The notes under the pieces are model-generated. The model had not been told where the DNA came from. It saw nothing but the letters and a program-made list of their open reading frames with translations, and did no database searches. Made by a program: the position numbers and the translations under genes. A DNA stretch of 64,000 bases from Amphiscolops sp. MND2022 (Eukaryota), in the NCBI GenBank assembly GCA_964187785.1, contig OZ076409.1, positions 95,172,001 through 95,236,000 on the forward strand. The letters run 5' to 3'. Shown here in pieces: positions 27,236 through 40,300 of this stretch; position 1 is the stretch's first letter; every line of letters starts with the position of its first letter.

Positions 27236-28221
27236 TTCCCCTTTTGGAAGTTGAGCATGTCATAATTTTAGATCTTATTATTTTAGATTTTATTCTTTAG
27301 ATCTTATTCCCCTCTCCCATCAAAATTGTACAATCAAAAAGGCCGACCTAGCAGGTGCGGGAAAAAGGATCAAAAAACTACGCCACCCGAGACAACGCAC
27401 AAACTTTGGGATTCGGCAACCTCGTTTTTTCGACGAGTCGAAATCTCTCCTAGCAGAAAGAGCTAAAAACGGATTGCACCATCGTGTAGAGCGTGGGCAC
27501 AAACTACGATGTAAAGAAAAAGATCGAAACGCACTTCCGTAACTAAGATCTAAAGAACTAAGATCTAAATGTCATTTTTCGTAACTAAGATTTAGAGAAT
27601 GCCAGCTCCCGAATCGTACCGAGAGTCTAAATTTTAGACGTTATTCCCGTTTCAATTTCCGTTATTCCCATTTTTTAGACGTTACGGGTAAAGTATAAAA
27701 TGCTTTGAAGTATAAAACGTGCCTCAGATATGTCCCTTTTTCCTCTAGTGCCCTGCGGCCCCTTGGGGCCGCTTATGTTCCCATCTTGCTAAGCGAAATC
27801 GAACAGGAGCAAAGACCTAGCGGGAACGGAGATCGCGAAGCGATCGTAGTGGGAGCTGGTCTTTGCGACAGTGAGGGCGAGCGTGCATACACCGTATATG
27901 ACCCCACATTATTCGTTAGACGTTATTGTAATTCAATTTAGACCCTAGTTACGGTGCATGCTTTTTAGATCTTAGTTGTTGTGATAAACTTATTAAATAG
28001 TTTCAGAGACGTTGATTGAAACTGAACGCACATCTCGTTGCTGGACACATCTTCGGATCTTGTGGACCTGGATTGGACCTTGACTGGTTTGCAAACGGCT
28101 ACAAGGGCATCAGTTGCAGACACGTTGATTGCTTGCGGACCTGGATTGGACCTTGACTGGTTTGCAAAAAGGCTACAGGCTCAACTCTATCCTGTTAGTT
28201 CGTTCCTTTATCTATCTTTAT

Positions 28222-28849
28222 ACATGGTCTTTCTTGTAGGCGCAAGCTGCTTAGACAACGCTTTTAATTCATTAGAACGCCTCAAGCAAAAGGGACTGAA
28301 AAGAAATATTCTGGCACTTCGGGGCCTATCTTTAAACGCACAAGCCCTCGACCCTAGGAAAAAACTTCAAAACTTCTTACTAAGAAGTAAAACAGAAAAG
28401 TTGGTTATTTGGCACGACGTGATCAGCAACTCCATTTCCAAACATCGCAGCAACCGTAACAGACCCTGTCAGACAAAAAAATTGTTGGACATCCTATGTT
28501 CGTTCAAGAACAGACTAGAAGCTATTCTTTACGTCCAACGGGCAAACTCACCAAACATCCTGCAAAAGTTGAAAAGCACGGGATTCTTATTCTGGACGTG
28601 AAGACGCGCCTCACGTCAACTCGAAAAAGGAACAACCCGAATTTCATTGCTGATCTCCAGAAAATACACCCAAATATCGGGACTGGCCGCAAGTTACTAC
28701 ATACTATACCGAAGAACCAAAACAACATGAGAAATCTGATCCGCAAAAAACGATCCCTCTCGAAAAACCGACCATCGCAAAGAAGACGGAAGAAGACCCA
28801 AAAAAACAGTCGTCTGTTGGAAGTAAGCCACTCAAAATTGTCTATTTAG
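28222..28849 (+). pseudogene. LINE ORF1, possibly SGNH esterase-like, frameshifted
   Basis: MVFLVGASCL...LVIWHDVISNS resembles SGNH block I (hhhhG.S); basic C-terminus in a second frame; directly upstream of an APE ORF. Confidence 0.5.
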
Positions 28850-29148
28850 CTTAGGCGCCTCAGGGACTTCAGTGTCTCAGTAGGTACCTTCGTTGAATAG
28901 CCAAACAATGAGTGACCGTAACAAAAAGAAAATCAACAAAACAAGGATATGCATCAGTTGCCCTAATACAATTGCGCAGCCAAATGCTGCCAAAACTACA
29001 AATGTGTCAACTGTCTGGAACAACACTCTTCAGCATCGAAAGAATGCCCTGTCTACCTGAAGACTTTGGAGAAGTTGTATCGGAGCCAATCGGTACCCCT
29101 ACCAAAACAATTACAAGACAAAATTGACAGACTTATCACTGAGAACAA

Positions 29149-30034
29149 ATGGCCCGCATAATGCAAGTAAACATGGCAGGGTTAAGCAGTCATAGCTCAA
29201 CCGCTTTATCTTTTTACCTGAACCAAGGAATACCCCATGCAATGATTTTAACGGAGACTCACCGAGAACTAGCAGCACATGAAATCAATAATTATTCTGC
29301 CATTAGCTACTGTGGGACGACCGGTCAGGGAGGAATTTCTATTTTAGTCAGGAAAGATATCACACACGTACCGAAAATCTTCAACGCCCCGATTGACTCT
29401 GTCTGGACCATTGTCACTATCAACAGAATACCAATTTTACTGGAAGCCGTCTACCAGCTCACTCACCGAAACTACAAACTTTGATCAGTCAACTCGAGGA
29501 AGCTGCGGCCTTTTCCACTAGACACAACCTCGAACTTCTGCTAGCGGGTGACATTAATGCTAGACACCCAATGTGGGGAGATAGATCAACTAATGAGCAC
29601 GGCAGAACTCTAGTGAACGCACTACACGACTCCTCCAGAGTGCTAAATGTCATCAACGACGGACAACCCATTTTTGTGTCAACCAACGGGAGCAGTGTTA
29701 TCGACCTTTTTATCACGTCAGAGAGAATAACTGAAACCACAAACTTCATAACGGTAGACCACGAGACAGACTTAGTCACTGGTGCTCCGACGAGGGGACA
29801 CCTTCCCGTATGGCTGAACATGAAAGGAGAAGACACAAAAGAAGTCAAACTTAAAAAAGATCTAAAGAACGCCAATTGGGAAAGATTTTACGAGTGTGTA
29901 GAAAGCCTTCTAACAGAAAGTATAGATTTCAAGACAATGGACGGCAATTCCTCATGGTTGCTACTGAAAGAAGCGCTTCAAACTGCTTCAGAACAACATA
30001 TTCCAGTGAAGAAGGTCTGTTGCTTCTCGAAACC
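29149..30034 (+). pseudogene. LINE ORF2 AP-endonuclease domain, frameshifted, cut by the assembly gap
   Basis: MQVNMAGL, ILTET, GGISI, AGDINARHPMWG, SSVIDL and GHLPV motifs across ORFs 29149-29484 and 29481-gap. Confidence 0.88.
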
Positions 30035-30234
30035 NNNNNNNNNNNNNNNNNNNNNNNNNNNNNNNNNNNNNNNNNNNNNNNNNNNNNNNNNNNNNNNNNN
30101 NNNNNNNNNNNNNNNNNNNNNNNNNNNNNNNNNNNNNNNNNNNNNNNNNNNNNNNNNNNNNNNNNNNNNNNNNNNNNNNNNNNNNNNNNNNNNNNNNNNN
30201 NNNNNNNNNNNNNNNNNNNNNNNNNNNNNNNNNN
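30035..30234. other. Assembly gap (200 N)
   Basis: Run of n. Confidence 1.
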
Positions 30235-30239
30235 GATTC

Positions 30240-30510
30240 CCGAAACAGTAAAACTAATGCCTTGACTAATACACTTTTTGCCGCTTTCAGTACCACGGGG
30301 GGTATTTCAACAAAACCTGGTTATTTGGACGTGTTCAATGATTCGAGTTCTTTTAAAAGCTCGCTTTCCTCAAAATAAATATCGCTCATTTCACATCAGT
30401 TTTTATGGAGATCTTCCAATTTCCGGGCTCTTCGTGCGTAAAGACTGATCTGAAAAATTGGGACAGCACCTCTGCTTTTCCTTGGTCAGACACCAACATT
30501 GCTGAGATCA
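30240..30510 (-). pseudogene. CR1-like LINE ORF2 fragment
   Basis: Minus strand reads DQGKAEVLSQFFRSVFTHEE, the K(A)E.L..FF.SVFT linker that precedes RT in CR1-group LINEs. Confidence 0.55.
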
Positions 30511-30649
30511 AAGTTACCATAGAAAGGCTGTATCTGAAACAACACTGTCATTACCACAGCCCATGACAGATCTGGACAACCAATCTTCAAATACTCCCAC
30601 AGTTAAGCTTAGTACAAAATCTCAGAAAACTTTTGATATTTCCTATAGA

Positions 30650-32740
30650 AACAAAATTAATCTCTTGTGTACCAGTGCAGAACAGTGACCTTTTAAAATT
30701 AGAAAGATCAATGGCAGATAAAGTTAAAGTTGAACAAATTTTTGACAACCTGGGAGAGCCCGTTGAAATACGGGACGTTTACTGAAAAGGTGTTTTCTGA
30801 AAGGGAACCATAATACGGTCGAATTCCTATCGTCGAATTTGAAGCTTCGTCCTAGCGTCGAAGTTCCACTGTCGAAAGACTTTTGTCGAGGTAATTGCGT
30901 CGATGCCATTGCAAATTTAAAATGATCAAACAATGTTTTGGCCGTCGGATATGCATGTTGATTACGCTACTGCTTGTAGAGTTAGCACCATAAACTCTTC
31001 TATGCTACTAGCTGTATTCTGCAACCCACCTGAGAAAAGCCCATACAGGCTAACAGAAGCATGTGTTCTGAAAATTCATGATGTGTTGAAGCGTCATGCA
31101 AAAACCCTTGATCAATTGATAGTTTTTGGAGATTTTACTTACCCGAATATAGATTCGGGAAAGTCTCACCGCTCCCGAATATGACGGTTCTGATATTTAC
31201 TCTTATCTCTTCAAACATTCATTACTGCAGCTTGTTAATGAACCTACACATAAATCAGGTTCCCTCTTGGACTTAATGATAACAAACTCAAATGAAAAGC
31301 AGATCCCTGAAGTGAACAACAATTATTTCTCTGATCATCGTTGTATCTGCGTAACAACCAATGCCTCTTGCTGAAACCTAGCTCGCCTATCTCTGGTAAA
31401 TTCCAACAATACAGTTTCTCTCAGGCGAATGTTGAATCTCTTTCCCTATCCTTCGCACAAAACTTCTTCTCTTACGTTCTTCCACAGAATGAAACTTTTT
31501 TCGCAACTGGCTTTTCAATTTCTTCTCTATTCTTAATGAATTCATTCCTAAAAAACGTTCCCGCCGGCAACAGTATCCTCTTACTAATCCTCCCACAGCA
31601 TTCACCTATTGAACCAGCTTCGAACTCTACAAAAAAGAAAGGACATAAATTCTCGAGTAGAATCCAGTCTCCGAGAAAATCTATCAATCTCACTTGATTT
31701 GGATACAGTTGTCTTCCTAGAGGCATTCACGTCTCACAACAAAACTGGTCTCAATATGTGCTACAATCTAATAAAAAGCCTGTCAAATTGTGTTGACATT
31801 CCTCTGGAGGTGACATGGGACGATGCCACGGCAAGTGGTTATGATCAAGTTAGTTGAAATTTTGTTCATTTTGTATTTTGTGTCAGTTTATAACAAACCC
31901 AGCAAACTGAAAGTATTCGTGCAACCTGTTGAAAGCTGCCTTGATTCTTTGGAGTATACCCAGGAAGAAGTTTCCTCTGCATTGAAAAATGCAAGTAGTG
32001 GGAACGGTTCACACAATGTTCCCGGTAAACTCCTCAAATGCCTGGCAAATGAGCTTTCGCCTCATGTGACCGTTTCATTCAACCACATTTTAAAATCTGG
32101 CATCTTTCTTAAACAATGGAAAGAATCGTATGTTACCACGCTCTATAGAAAATGAAATCGAAATTGTGTTTCCCCCTATCGTTCAATCAGTAATATCAGA
32201 CACCTTACTCTAGTCCTAGATGTTTAGTGTTCAATAAATTGTATCAATTTGTTAAATAATCAATATCTTCTCAACAGGTTGGCTTCATGAAACGCAAGTG
32301 AATTACTTTGCAACTTCTCTACTTTGTGATGGATGCATACCGCTGTAATGATAATAGAGAAGTCATGTACACACTATACGTGGATTTTGCGAATGCATTT
32401 GACAAAGTCTTCCTTGCAATCCTGCTTGAAAACTCCATCGCTTCGGAGTCTGTGGAGAATTGTTACAATTCTTCAGGTCTTACTTATCCGAAAGATACCA
32501 ATGTGTAAAAATACACTGTCTGTTGTCCTCAGCTCTGAAAAAAACAAGTGGTGTACCGCAGGGCTCCGTTTTGGGTGCGCTACTGTTTGTCATTTTCATA
32601 AAAGACCTCCCTGATTCAATTCACTCGAGTTATCTTAGAATGTTTGCTGACGATACAAAAATATCAAACACCAACATTTTAGCTCTAGAACAAGACGGGA
32701 AAAACCTTGTACACCGGGCCTCAAAGAACGAAATGGATGC
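30650..32740 (+). pseudogene. Old CR1/L2-group LINE ORF2 (APE + RT), heavily decayed
   Basis: VFGDFTYPNID, EPTHKSGSLLDL, SDH, YVDFANAFDKV, SGVPQGSVLG and MFADDTK in order, in shifting frames. Confidence 0.85.
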
Positions 32741-33158
32741 CACGAAACAGGTCAAAAAACAGGTCGAAAAAAATTTAAACGAAAAAGGTCGAAAAATTCT
32801 GCGAAGCGTTCAAAAGCGTTTAAAAAATTTTAGGTACTTTTGTCCACCCTTTATGTGGTCATATACGGTGTATGCACGCTCGCCCTCAGCTTCGCGATCT
32901 CCGTTCCCGCTAGGTCTTTGCCCCTGTTCGACCTCGCTTAGCAAGATGGGAATATAGGCGGACCCAAGGGGCCGCGGGGCACTAGAGGATATAGGGACAT
33001 ATGCGAGACACGTTTTATACTTTTATAGAAAATTCTATCTGCGGCATTTCGAATTGTTTCCCAAAAATCAAAATTTCGATCCGAGTTGTTTCGATCCCAT
33101 TCAAAAATTTGGTATGTCGACCCGAGGACTAACTCTGATTTTCGATCCCGTTCCTTCG

Positions 33159-33702
33159 GTATATGCCCTTTTTGCCGAATCCCATTTTGCCGAAAGCATG
33201 GGACATTTTGCCGGATTTTTTTCAACAAAGTGGGCATCGAAATTCGGCAAAGAGGGCAAGGCAGTTGTCTACATCTGCAAAAACAGACTTTTAAAGCTAT
33301 AAAGTGATTCAAAGTATAAAACGTGTCTCGGATATGTCCCCATTTCCTCAATTGCCCAGCGGCCCCTTGGGGCCGCTTATGTTCCCATCTTGCTAAGCGA
33401 AGTCGAACAGGAGCAAAGACTCAGGGGGAACGGAGATCGCGAAGCGATCGTAGTTGGATCTGGTCTTTGCGACGGTGAGGGTGAGCGTGCATACATCGGA
33501 TATGCCCCACATTATATTTTCGCTCTCAAAAAGTCTGTGTTTGCAGATGTAGACAACTGCCTTGCCCACTTTGCCGAGTTTCGATGCCCACTCTGCTGAA
33601 TTTCGATGCCCACTTCGCCGAAAAAAAATTCGGCAAAATGGGCAAGGTAGGGACACTTTGCCGAATTCGGCAAAATGGGTTTCGGCAAACTGTTCCATAT
33701 TC
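33159..33702. mobile_element. Foldback/MULE-like element (9-bp TSD) containing a dispersed-repeat insertion
   Basis: Inverted arms with tgccgaa repeats and gcagttgtctacatctgcaaa / tttgcagatgtagacaactgc; TSD gttccttcg. The internal 33310-33512 segment matches 27708-27910. Confidence 0.8.
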
Positions 33703-34351
33703 GTTCCTTCGACATATTACCGTCCACCCACAGATATAGTACCCCAGTCAAAAAAATGCTTGACAAATTAGAATTGTTTCAGAAACGAGCGACACAATTG
33801 ATACTCGATATCAATGATTATCACCAACGCCTTAGAGCCTTTTCCTATCTATAGGAGAAGCTGTTTCCTATCTCCCATCAACTTCAGATGGCTGACCTCA
33901 ATTTTCTCAACAAGCTTCTCAACGAGCGCTATGAAGTCGATGTCTCGACTGTTATCTATACCAAACGGTCCTCAGCCTATGATTTACGAATATACAATTT
34001 GAGTCTTTTCGAAAAACCTGTTAAAAAACCCGGTTAAATAAAATTGATGAGCCAATCCGAATACGTGCCTGTATCATGGCTATCGCTTAGAAAAGCTTCA
34101 TGGAATATCAGTTTTCGAACCATCATCGACATTCGAATTGAAACTTAACGTTTTAGCCTCTAATCTTCTTCCGTGCTATAATACATCATCAAAATGCCAC
34201 CAATTTTTAATATGCACATGTAAAACTTGTTGCCTGTTGAATCTTTAATTCGTCTTACCACTGTATATCATATGGTTATTCAATTCTTTTAGTAGTAGTA
34301 GGAGTAGTAGTAGATCTCTAGAACAGCGTCAATGTTTTGTTTTCAGAAACA

Positions 34352-37300
34352 ATGTCGTATTACAAAGACTTGAACATCGACAAAAATGCCTCTGAGCAGG
34401 TATGGTATGCTCTTTTATGAATTGTTCTGTACTTCACATATTTTGACGCCTGAAGTACACACATAAGCTCGTGTTTTTGTGGATAACTGGCATTCCTAGC
34501 AGATTCTTGAGCAGGTTGAACCCATGTGTAGCATTCTGAAGTAGTAATGTGGAGATAGCTCAGAAGTTCTAACATGGAACATGTATGCTGAATGGAAGTG
34601 TTGAAAGGAAAATGGGAGAGAATTGCTAAAAATCCACAACAACAACAACAGTGCACTAACATCCCTAATGTAAACCGTGCTTATACTTTTCAATTTTCTG
34701 CGTGAGCTGAAATGTTATAGAAACCGGCCACGCTTGTTTTTCCCAGACTTTTATTGTCCATTTCGTCTCCACTACAATTTTAACGATTTTAATACCTGTA
34801 CCAATGATGCGGCGCTTTCGTAGAGATGAAACGGAAGCTATTCGAGCTTCGTCTGCATTCAAATACGAATGCGAAATGTCATGCAAATGCGAACTTAGTT
34901 GTATTCTCTTTCGTCCGAGAGGAATCAAAGGCGTTGCAAACTACCGTGATTAATTTTGCGCTAGTAAATTCAAATTCATTAAACTCCGGTTAATTCATAT
35001 CAGGATAATTCGGATGTATCTGAGACCCCATTTCGCGGCAACCAAAGTAATATTATCCGGTGTTATCCGGTTAATTGGTATTTCTCATTATTCGTACCAT
35101 TTTATTCGGCCCGACGATACGAATTAGGCGGATTCAACTGTATATAATGAATTAGCAGGATTGTATAGTTCTATTAAGTTTTTTAAATTTAATTGTGAAG
35201 TTAATGGTGTAGCCCAAAGCAGAAATTTTACTCATTATTTTCGCAAAGTACCATTGCGTGCGAATATTGTCGAAACAATCAATTGTTAAATGTCTTAGTA
35301 ATTCTTTCATGTAAGCATTTTGCACGGATTAATTCTTCTTGACGCAAGTACCTGTTAACTGTTTCACTGACTGCCATTCTGTTGTTCTTTAGTGAGAAAA
35401 GCTGTATTTAGACAGTGACAACTAATTCCTTTGTTTTATGTACGTTCATTTCACATTAATCTCGATTTTTTGTTGGCAGTTTTGAATTTCTTTTCAAATC
35501 GTGTTCGGAATCTTTACGTACACTCAGTTGAATTTTTTGATGTTTAATGTTGGCTTGTATGATTCACTAGGACAGCTAAAGTCAAGAGACTGTTTTCGCT
35601 CCCAGAATTATCGCATTTCCTGGTGCCTCGTCTTTCTTGATGCCTATCACTTGTCGAAACAAAGAAACCCAGCTTCAGACATGACCAGCTCGTAATCACA
35701 GTTGTCCGTTCACGGCCGTCTACTACTGCATGTCTCGTTGGAACAAATACTCAATTCATGAGGAAATTCAGTCGACTCCTCTGGAAATTTTGAATAGTTA
35801 ACAACCCGGGAACGGCATAAGTCGGCGCCATATCTAAGGCTCAAAAATAGCAAAAGGACTTCAAAGTATAAAGTAGTCTTCTGCAGTACCTGAAAAACCC
35901 AAAATTTGGACAGAATTGGCGCGTCAGGGGCCCGCTTAGGATTTTTTAACACCATTTTGCTGCAAAATATCAAAAAAATGAAGGGGACCCTTTGAAATTG
36001 AAAATTGTTTCAAAAAAGTCTCACAATGCCAAAAAACTGAAATTGAGACCCTTTATTCTCGCCCGGTATTGTATGTTTCGCTTAAAAAAAAACTTTTATA
36101 TTTCAGTTTCTTGTGCCAAAGGATCCATTTTGACAGCTTAAAGTTTCGCAGAACTTTGCTGAACTATTTGGTCAGTTCGTGTGGATTGAAAAAAAGCCAC
36201 TAGTATAGTCGCGTTTCACTTCATGAAGCGCCAATTAAAAACGACCGTGCGTACTGAAACCCATTTTCCATGTTGAGAAAAATACGAAAGGAGCCCGTGT
36301 TAAAATGAGGGCGAGTCTGAGAGATTTGAAGAGGGTGTCGTATACGCTGCAAGCTGCACAGTAATTCCACTGAAAATGGAAAGATACTGTTGTGCGCAAC
36401 TGGAATCCAATAAAGCTCATTAATTATCTATCTAACTTTATTGGCTAGTTTCCGAAATAGTGTAACTCAAAAGCCAGAGCGTACGATCACTTTTCTTTTT
36501 ACGATTAATTCGATTCTTTGGCATCATTACAAAGCGTCGGATGTCAAACAAGCTATAGCGCGGCTGTCATGCATGGTTCTATGAAGTCTAGAAAATTTCC
36601 TGCAAAACTTGATTTTACAACTAGCTAAAACTCCAAACAACGAGCTAATAAGATCCGTGGGAGCACTTATTCGGATATTACGTCACTTCCGCTCCTCAGC
36701 GCGTTCATTTTAAAGCGGCCTAATTAACTCCACTACAAACGTCCTCAGCTGATCAGATTCAATGTTTGGCGAAACAAAATTACAAAAAAACAATGTCAGT
36801 CATTGATTCGGATCTTAGCCGAATTTTTCGCCCGATTGATTTTTTTGCGGATTTCACCAGTAGTTGTATACATAATGAGTTTAGTGTTTTTGTCCCTTCG
36901 ATTATCGCGTTCTACATGTTCATTTTGCTTCTGCGGTTATTCATCGTGCATCACATGCTATTTTCCAAATACACTTGTCAATTTCGTTAAATTGTTGAAA
37001 TTCTGCCAAAAAGGAGTTTTTTCAAATTTGTTTGTAAGTGATTTCCAGCCTTAGAAAGTCTGGGAGTCTGCAAGTTTGGTAGAAGTCGTTTTCCTGAGTT
37101 TTGTTCTTTGGCCTATCCAGCTGAAACAGCGAGAAACAAGATATGATAGGTATTTGAAGCTTTTCGGAGTCGTGAAAAAATTTCGGCTACCTATGCAATT
37201 GTACATTTTTTCTCCCGGGCTTTCAATGAAAATTTCAAATTTCTCAACTGTCCATACGATTTTTATGAAATTCTGCAGTCATTTTACACCCAATGGGGCC

Positions 37301-40300
37301 CCTTTGTGCGCAAAGGCATCAAAATCGTATGACAAAGATGTGAGAAACAGCCAAAATTAACCCAAAATTGTCCAAAAACTGCCATTTTTCGAGTTTTTTT
37401 GATTTTCTCGAAGTCTCCATACGATTCGAACGAAATTTTCTACAGTCATTCCTCACCATAATATGGTCCTTTGTGTGCAATTTCAATAAATTCGTATGAC
37501 TGGGATTCGAGCGAGTCAGAAGGAAGAAAGACAGCCGACTCCTTTACCGCATATGCGGCTATGGTTGATGGTAGCAGTAAGTTTTGGATATACATTGGTA
37601 AAGGTTGAATGGACATTTTTTTCACGGTTACCTTGTACGACTCTTTTGTAGAGATAATCCATTTAACTAATCCATTTTTGGGTGTTTTCCAATTGAGAGA
37701 TAATATACTTGCTTGATGCCATAACAGGGACGACTGTAAACAAGAATGGGACGATCATTGATTTGTATAAATTTAGTTTCGCACTTGACGAAATAAGGTC
37801 ACGTTTCTTTTAATCATTTGGAATACCTCGTTCGCTTTTCGACGGATCTTGTCAATATGTACATTCCATTTGAAATGACGTAAGTTCGATGGGAGCGTTC
37901 ACAAAAAGTTTTTTTTTGGTATTGCAATGTTTGCACGTTTTTCCATGTTGAAAGGCATCTCGTTCGATATAGTCCATTTGAAGATAGTGTATTAGTCGTC
38001 TTGGATAGTTTCGGTGTCTAATCCAACGCATAAGAATTTTGCATAATCTGCTAAAAGTAGCCTACCAAGGGTATAATCTAGAACATATACTAGAGTTCCT
38101 TTCACGTTTCTTCTCAGTGAGAACTTGTTCGATTCTGAAAATGAGGTGGCATCAATAAGACCAGGGCTGAGGGCGTTTTCTTTTCCTTTAAGGAAAAAAT
38201 AAATTAAAGATGTCATTGAACACCGTCGAAAGTTTTTTTGACTCCACTTTTGAAAAGTTTATTTATAACGTTGATACTATATTTTGTACCAAAAATAGCG
38301 TTGGTAAAATCAAGTCTGATGTAAACAAGGCGCCCGCTAAGCACAGGGATATTTTCCGCTAAAAATGTAACGCACAAGCACGGGTTCGAACCCACGACCT
38401 CGTGCCTGCCAGGCAGACGCATTACCAACTGCGCCATGGTGACTAGAATTTACTAAATGGAGTAATAAAGTGGAGATTTGGCAGAATTTGTAATAAAAAC
38501 GCAACACAGATTGATATTCCCTCCCCCATTATATGCGGGCGGAAAATAATAAGCGATGCGAATTTTTGGGTATTTCTGAATACAACACGCGACGTGAACT
38601 AATTCTAACGAAAATGTGAATATATGTTGATACTGTGATGGAAATTAAATTTATGTAATTAGGAGATCAAAAAAGCGTATCGGAAACTGGCGATGAAGTA
38701 CCACCCGGACAAGAACCCCGACGACAAGGAGAACGCGGAGAAGAAGTTCAAGCAGGTGTCGGAGGCGTACGACGTGCTCTCGGACGAGAGGAAGCGCAAC
38801 CTGTACGACAAGTACGGCAAGGAGGGCTTGAAGCGCCACTCCACCACCAACATGTACGGCCCCAACGACTTCCACGGACCAACCCACTTCACCCACGGAT
38901 TCGCGGGAGGGGGAGGTCAGTCTACTTGTGTGTCTTTTATAGTGGCAACGTTTATTAAAGCCTCAAAAACTGAGGAGGCCCCATAATGAAATATTATCTG
39001 AGGTTACCTGGCATTTCATCCTATGCAATTCCAAACGTTGACAATTTCAACCTATTGAATTTTTAACTTTCCGCAATTTCGACCTAAACTAATTTTTGGC
39101 CAATTACTCCTTTTTTCCTAATAACTTCTAAGTTATTTCAGTACAATGGTTAGTAATAAATCAAACGGCTTTAATTATTGGTAATTATTCATGGTGGCGT
39201 AAAACTGGCACATTTGAATTTAGAAATCTATGAAAACGAAAAACATCTGCAATAAATATATAATTGATCCATTAGTTCATCATGTTGTCCGTTTTAACCC
39301 TAAATGGACCAGGAAATTTCCGGATCCATCCAAAAACCTGGTGCTTAAACTTTTTTTATCTTCGAAACTATTCAAGTCCGACTTAGTCCTCCGCTGGCGT
39401 ATGGCTTCGCCACACTGGCTCCGGACTTTGCGCCAAAATTTTCCACGCCTCGTGTCTCTGATTGCATTTCAGCATGTTTGAAAACATGATAGGACCGCTT
39501 TGACCCAATCTTGATGCCAGGCGGATAAAGTGGCCACAAACGAAAAATGGAAAAACGGAATATCTACGCTGAATTTTTAAAATTATTTGGTCCTGTTTTC
39601 TTGATTTCGGAGACATCATGTCAATATTCCGTGAGAAGGCGTGCAATGCTATGTAATATGGTCTGAAAATCTTATTCAAGAGTTTTCTTTACTATACGGT
39701 CAGCTGGTGCGTTTAGAAGTTTGCAGAAATAACTGGTACGAAATCGTACCATGGTCCATTTAGGGCTAGCCGATAATGAAATATCTGACGCCCGAAAGAC
39801 CTAACGAAAACTAAACAAACAAAAGAAGATTGAATTGTTTAATGATTAAACAAAATAATTGAAAGAAAGATAATAATTGATTCATTATTGCAGTTTCAAT
39901 TCTTGAGAAAAATATTAAAGCACACAATTTTTCGGACCTCAAATATTGTAACTCTACCTTTATCACAAATATCCCGGCTCTAGTTTTAGTAGTTGGAAAA
40001 GACCGCTATACAGAAATCCCCAGAATGTCCGGACCTGCGTTTTTTTTCATTAATATAGGATTATAATGAAGCATATTTTGGATCTCTTTCACTATGCCCC
40101 CCCCCTATATCACTCGTTACACTATGCCCCCCCTAGAGAGAATCAATTGATCTCGTCATAACTAACGACACTTTTTATTGGTTTTATTATCAAAATCCCC
40201 ACTCAGCCAATCAGAAGCGTTGTTACATAAGAGCAGATCTGCGCTATTAGAATGTGCAATACATGTATTTAATAGCATTTCGCTAAGTCCCCCCTTTTTG

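Larger units (their letters stand above)
25425..27318. mobile_element. Foldback/MULE-like palindromic element (9-bp TSD) interrupted by a LINE
   Basis: gaataagatctaa repeats in inverted arms centred at ~25675; TSD atcaaaatt at 25416-25424 and 27319-27327. Confidence 0.85.
24399..27980. mobile_element. Nest of foldback elements and dispersed repeats
   Basis: aataacgtctaa repeats (24409-24470) with inverted partners (27634-27690, ~27917). An aagttcga-repeat element lies at ~24690-25365. The atgtggggcatat...acgttttatactt family occurs at ~24870-25250 and inverted at 27708-27910. Confidence 0.65.

Noticed and set aside
29876..30296. ORFs crossing the N run
   Set aside because: Artefacts of the gap; the sequence on the two sides belongs to different LINEs in opposite orientation.
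32850..33512. Inverted pair as TIRs of one element
   Set aside because: The second copy lies inside a separate 9-bp-TSD element, so these are better read as independent insertions of one dispersed family.
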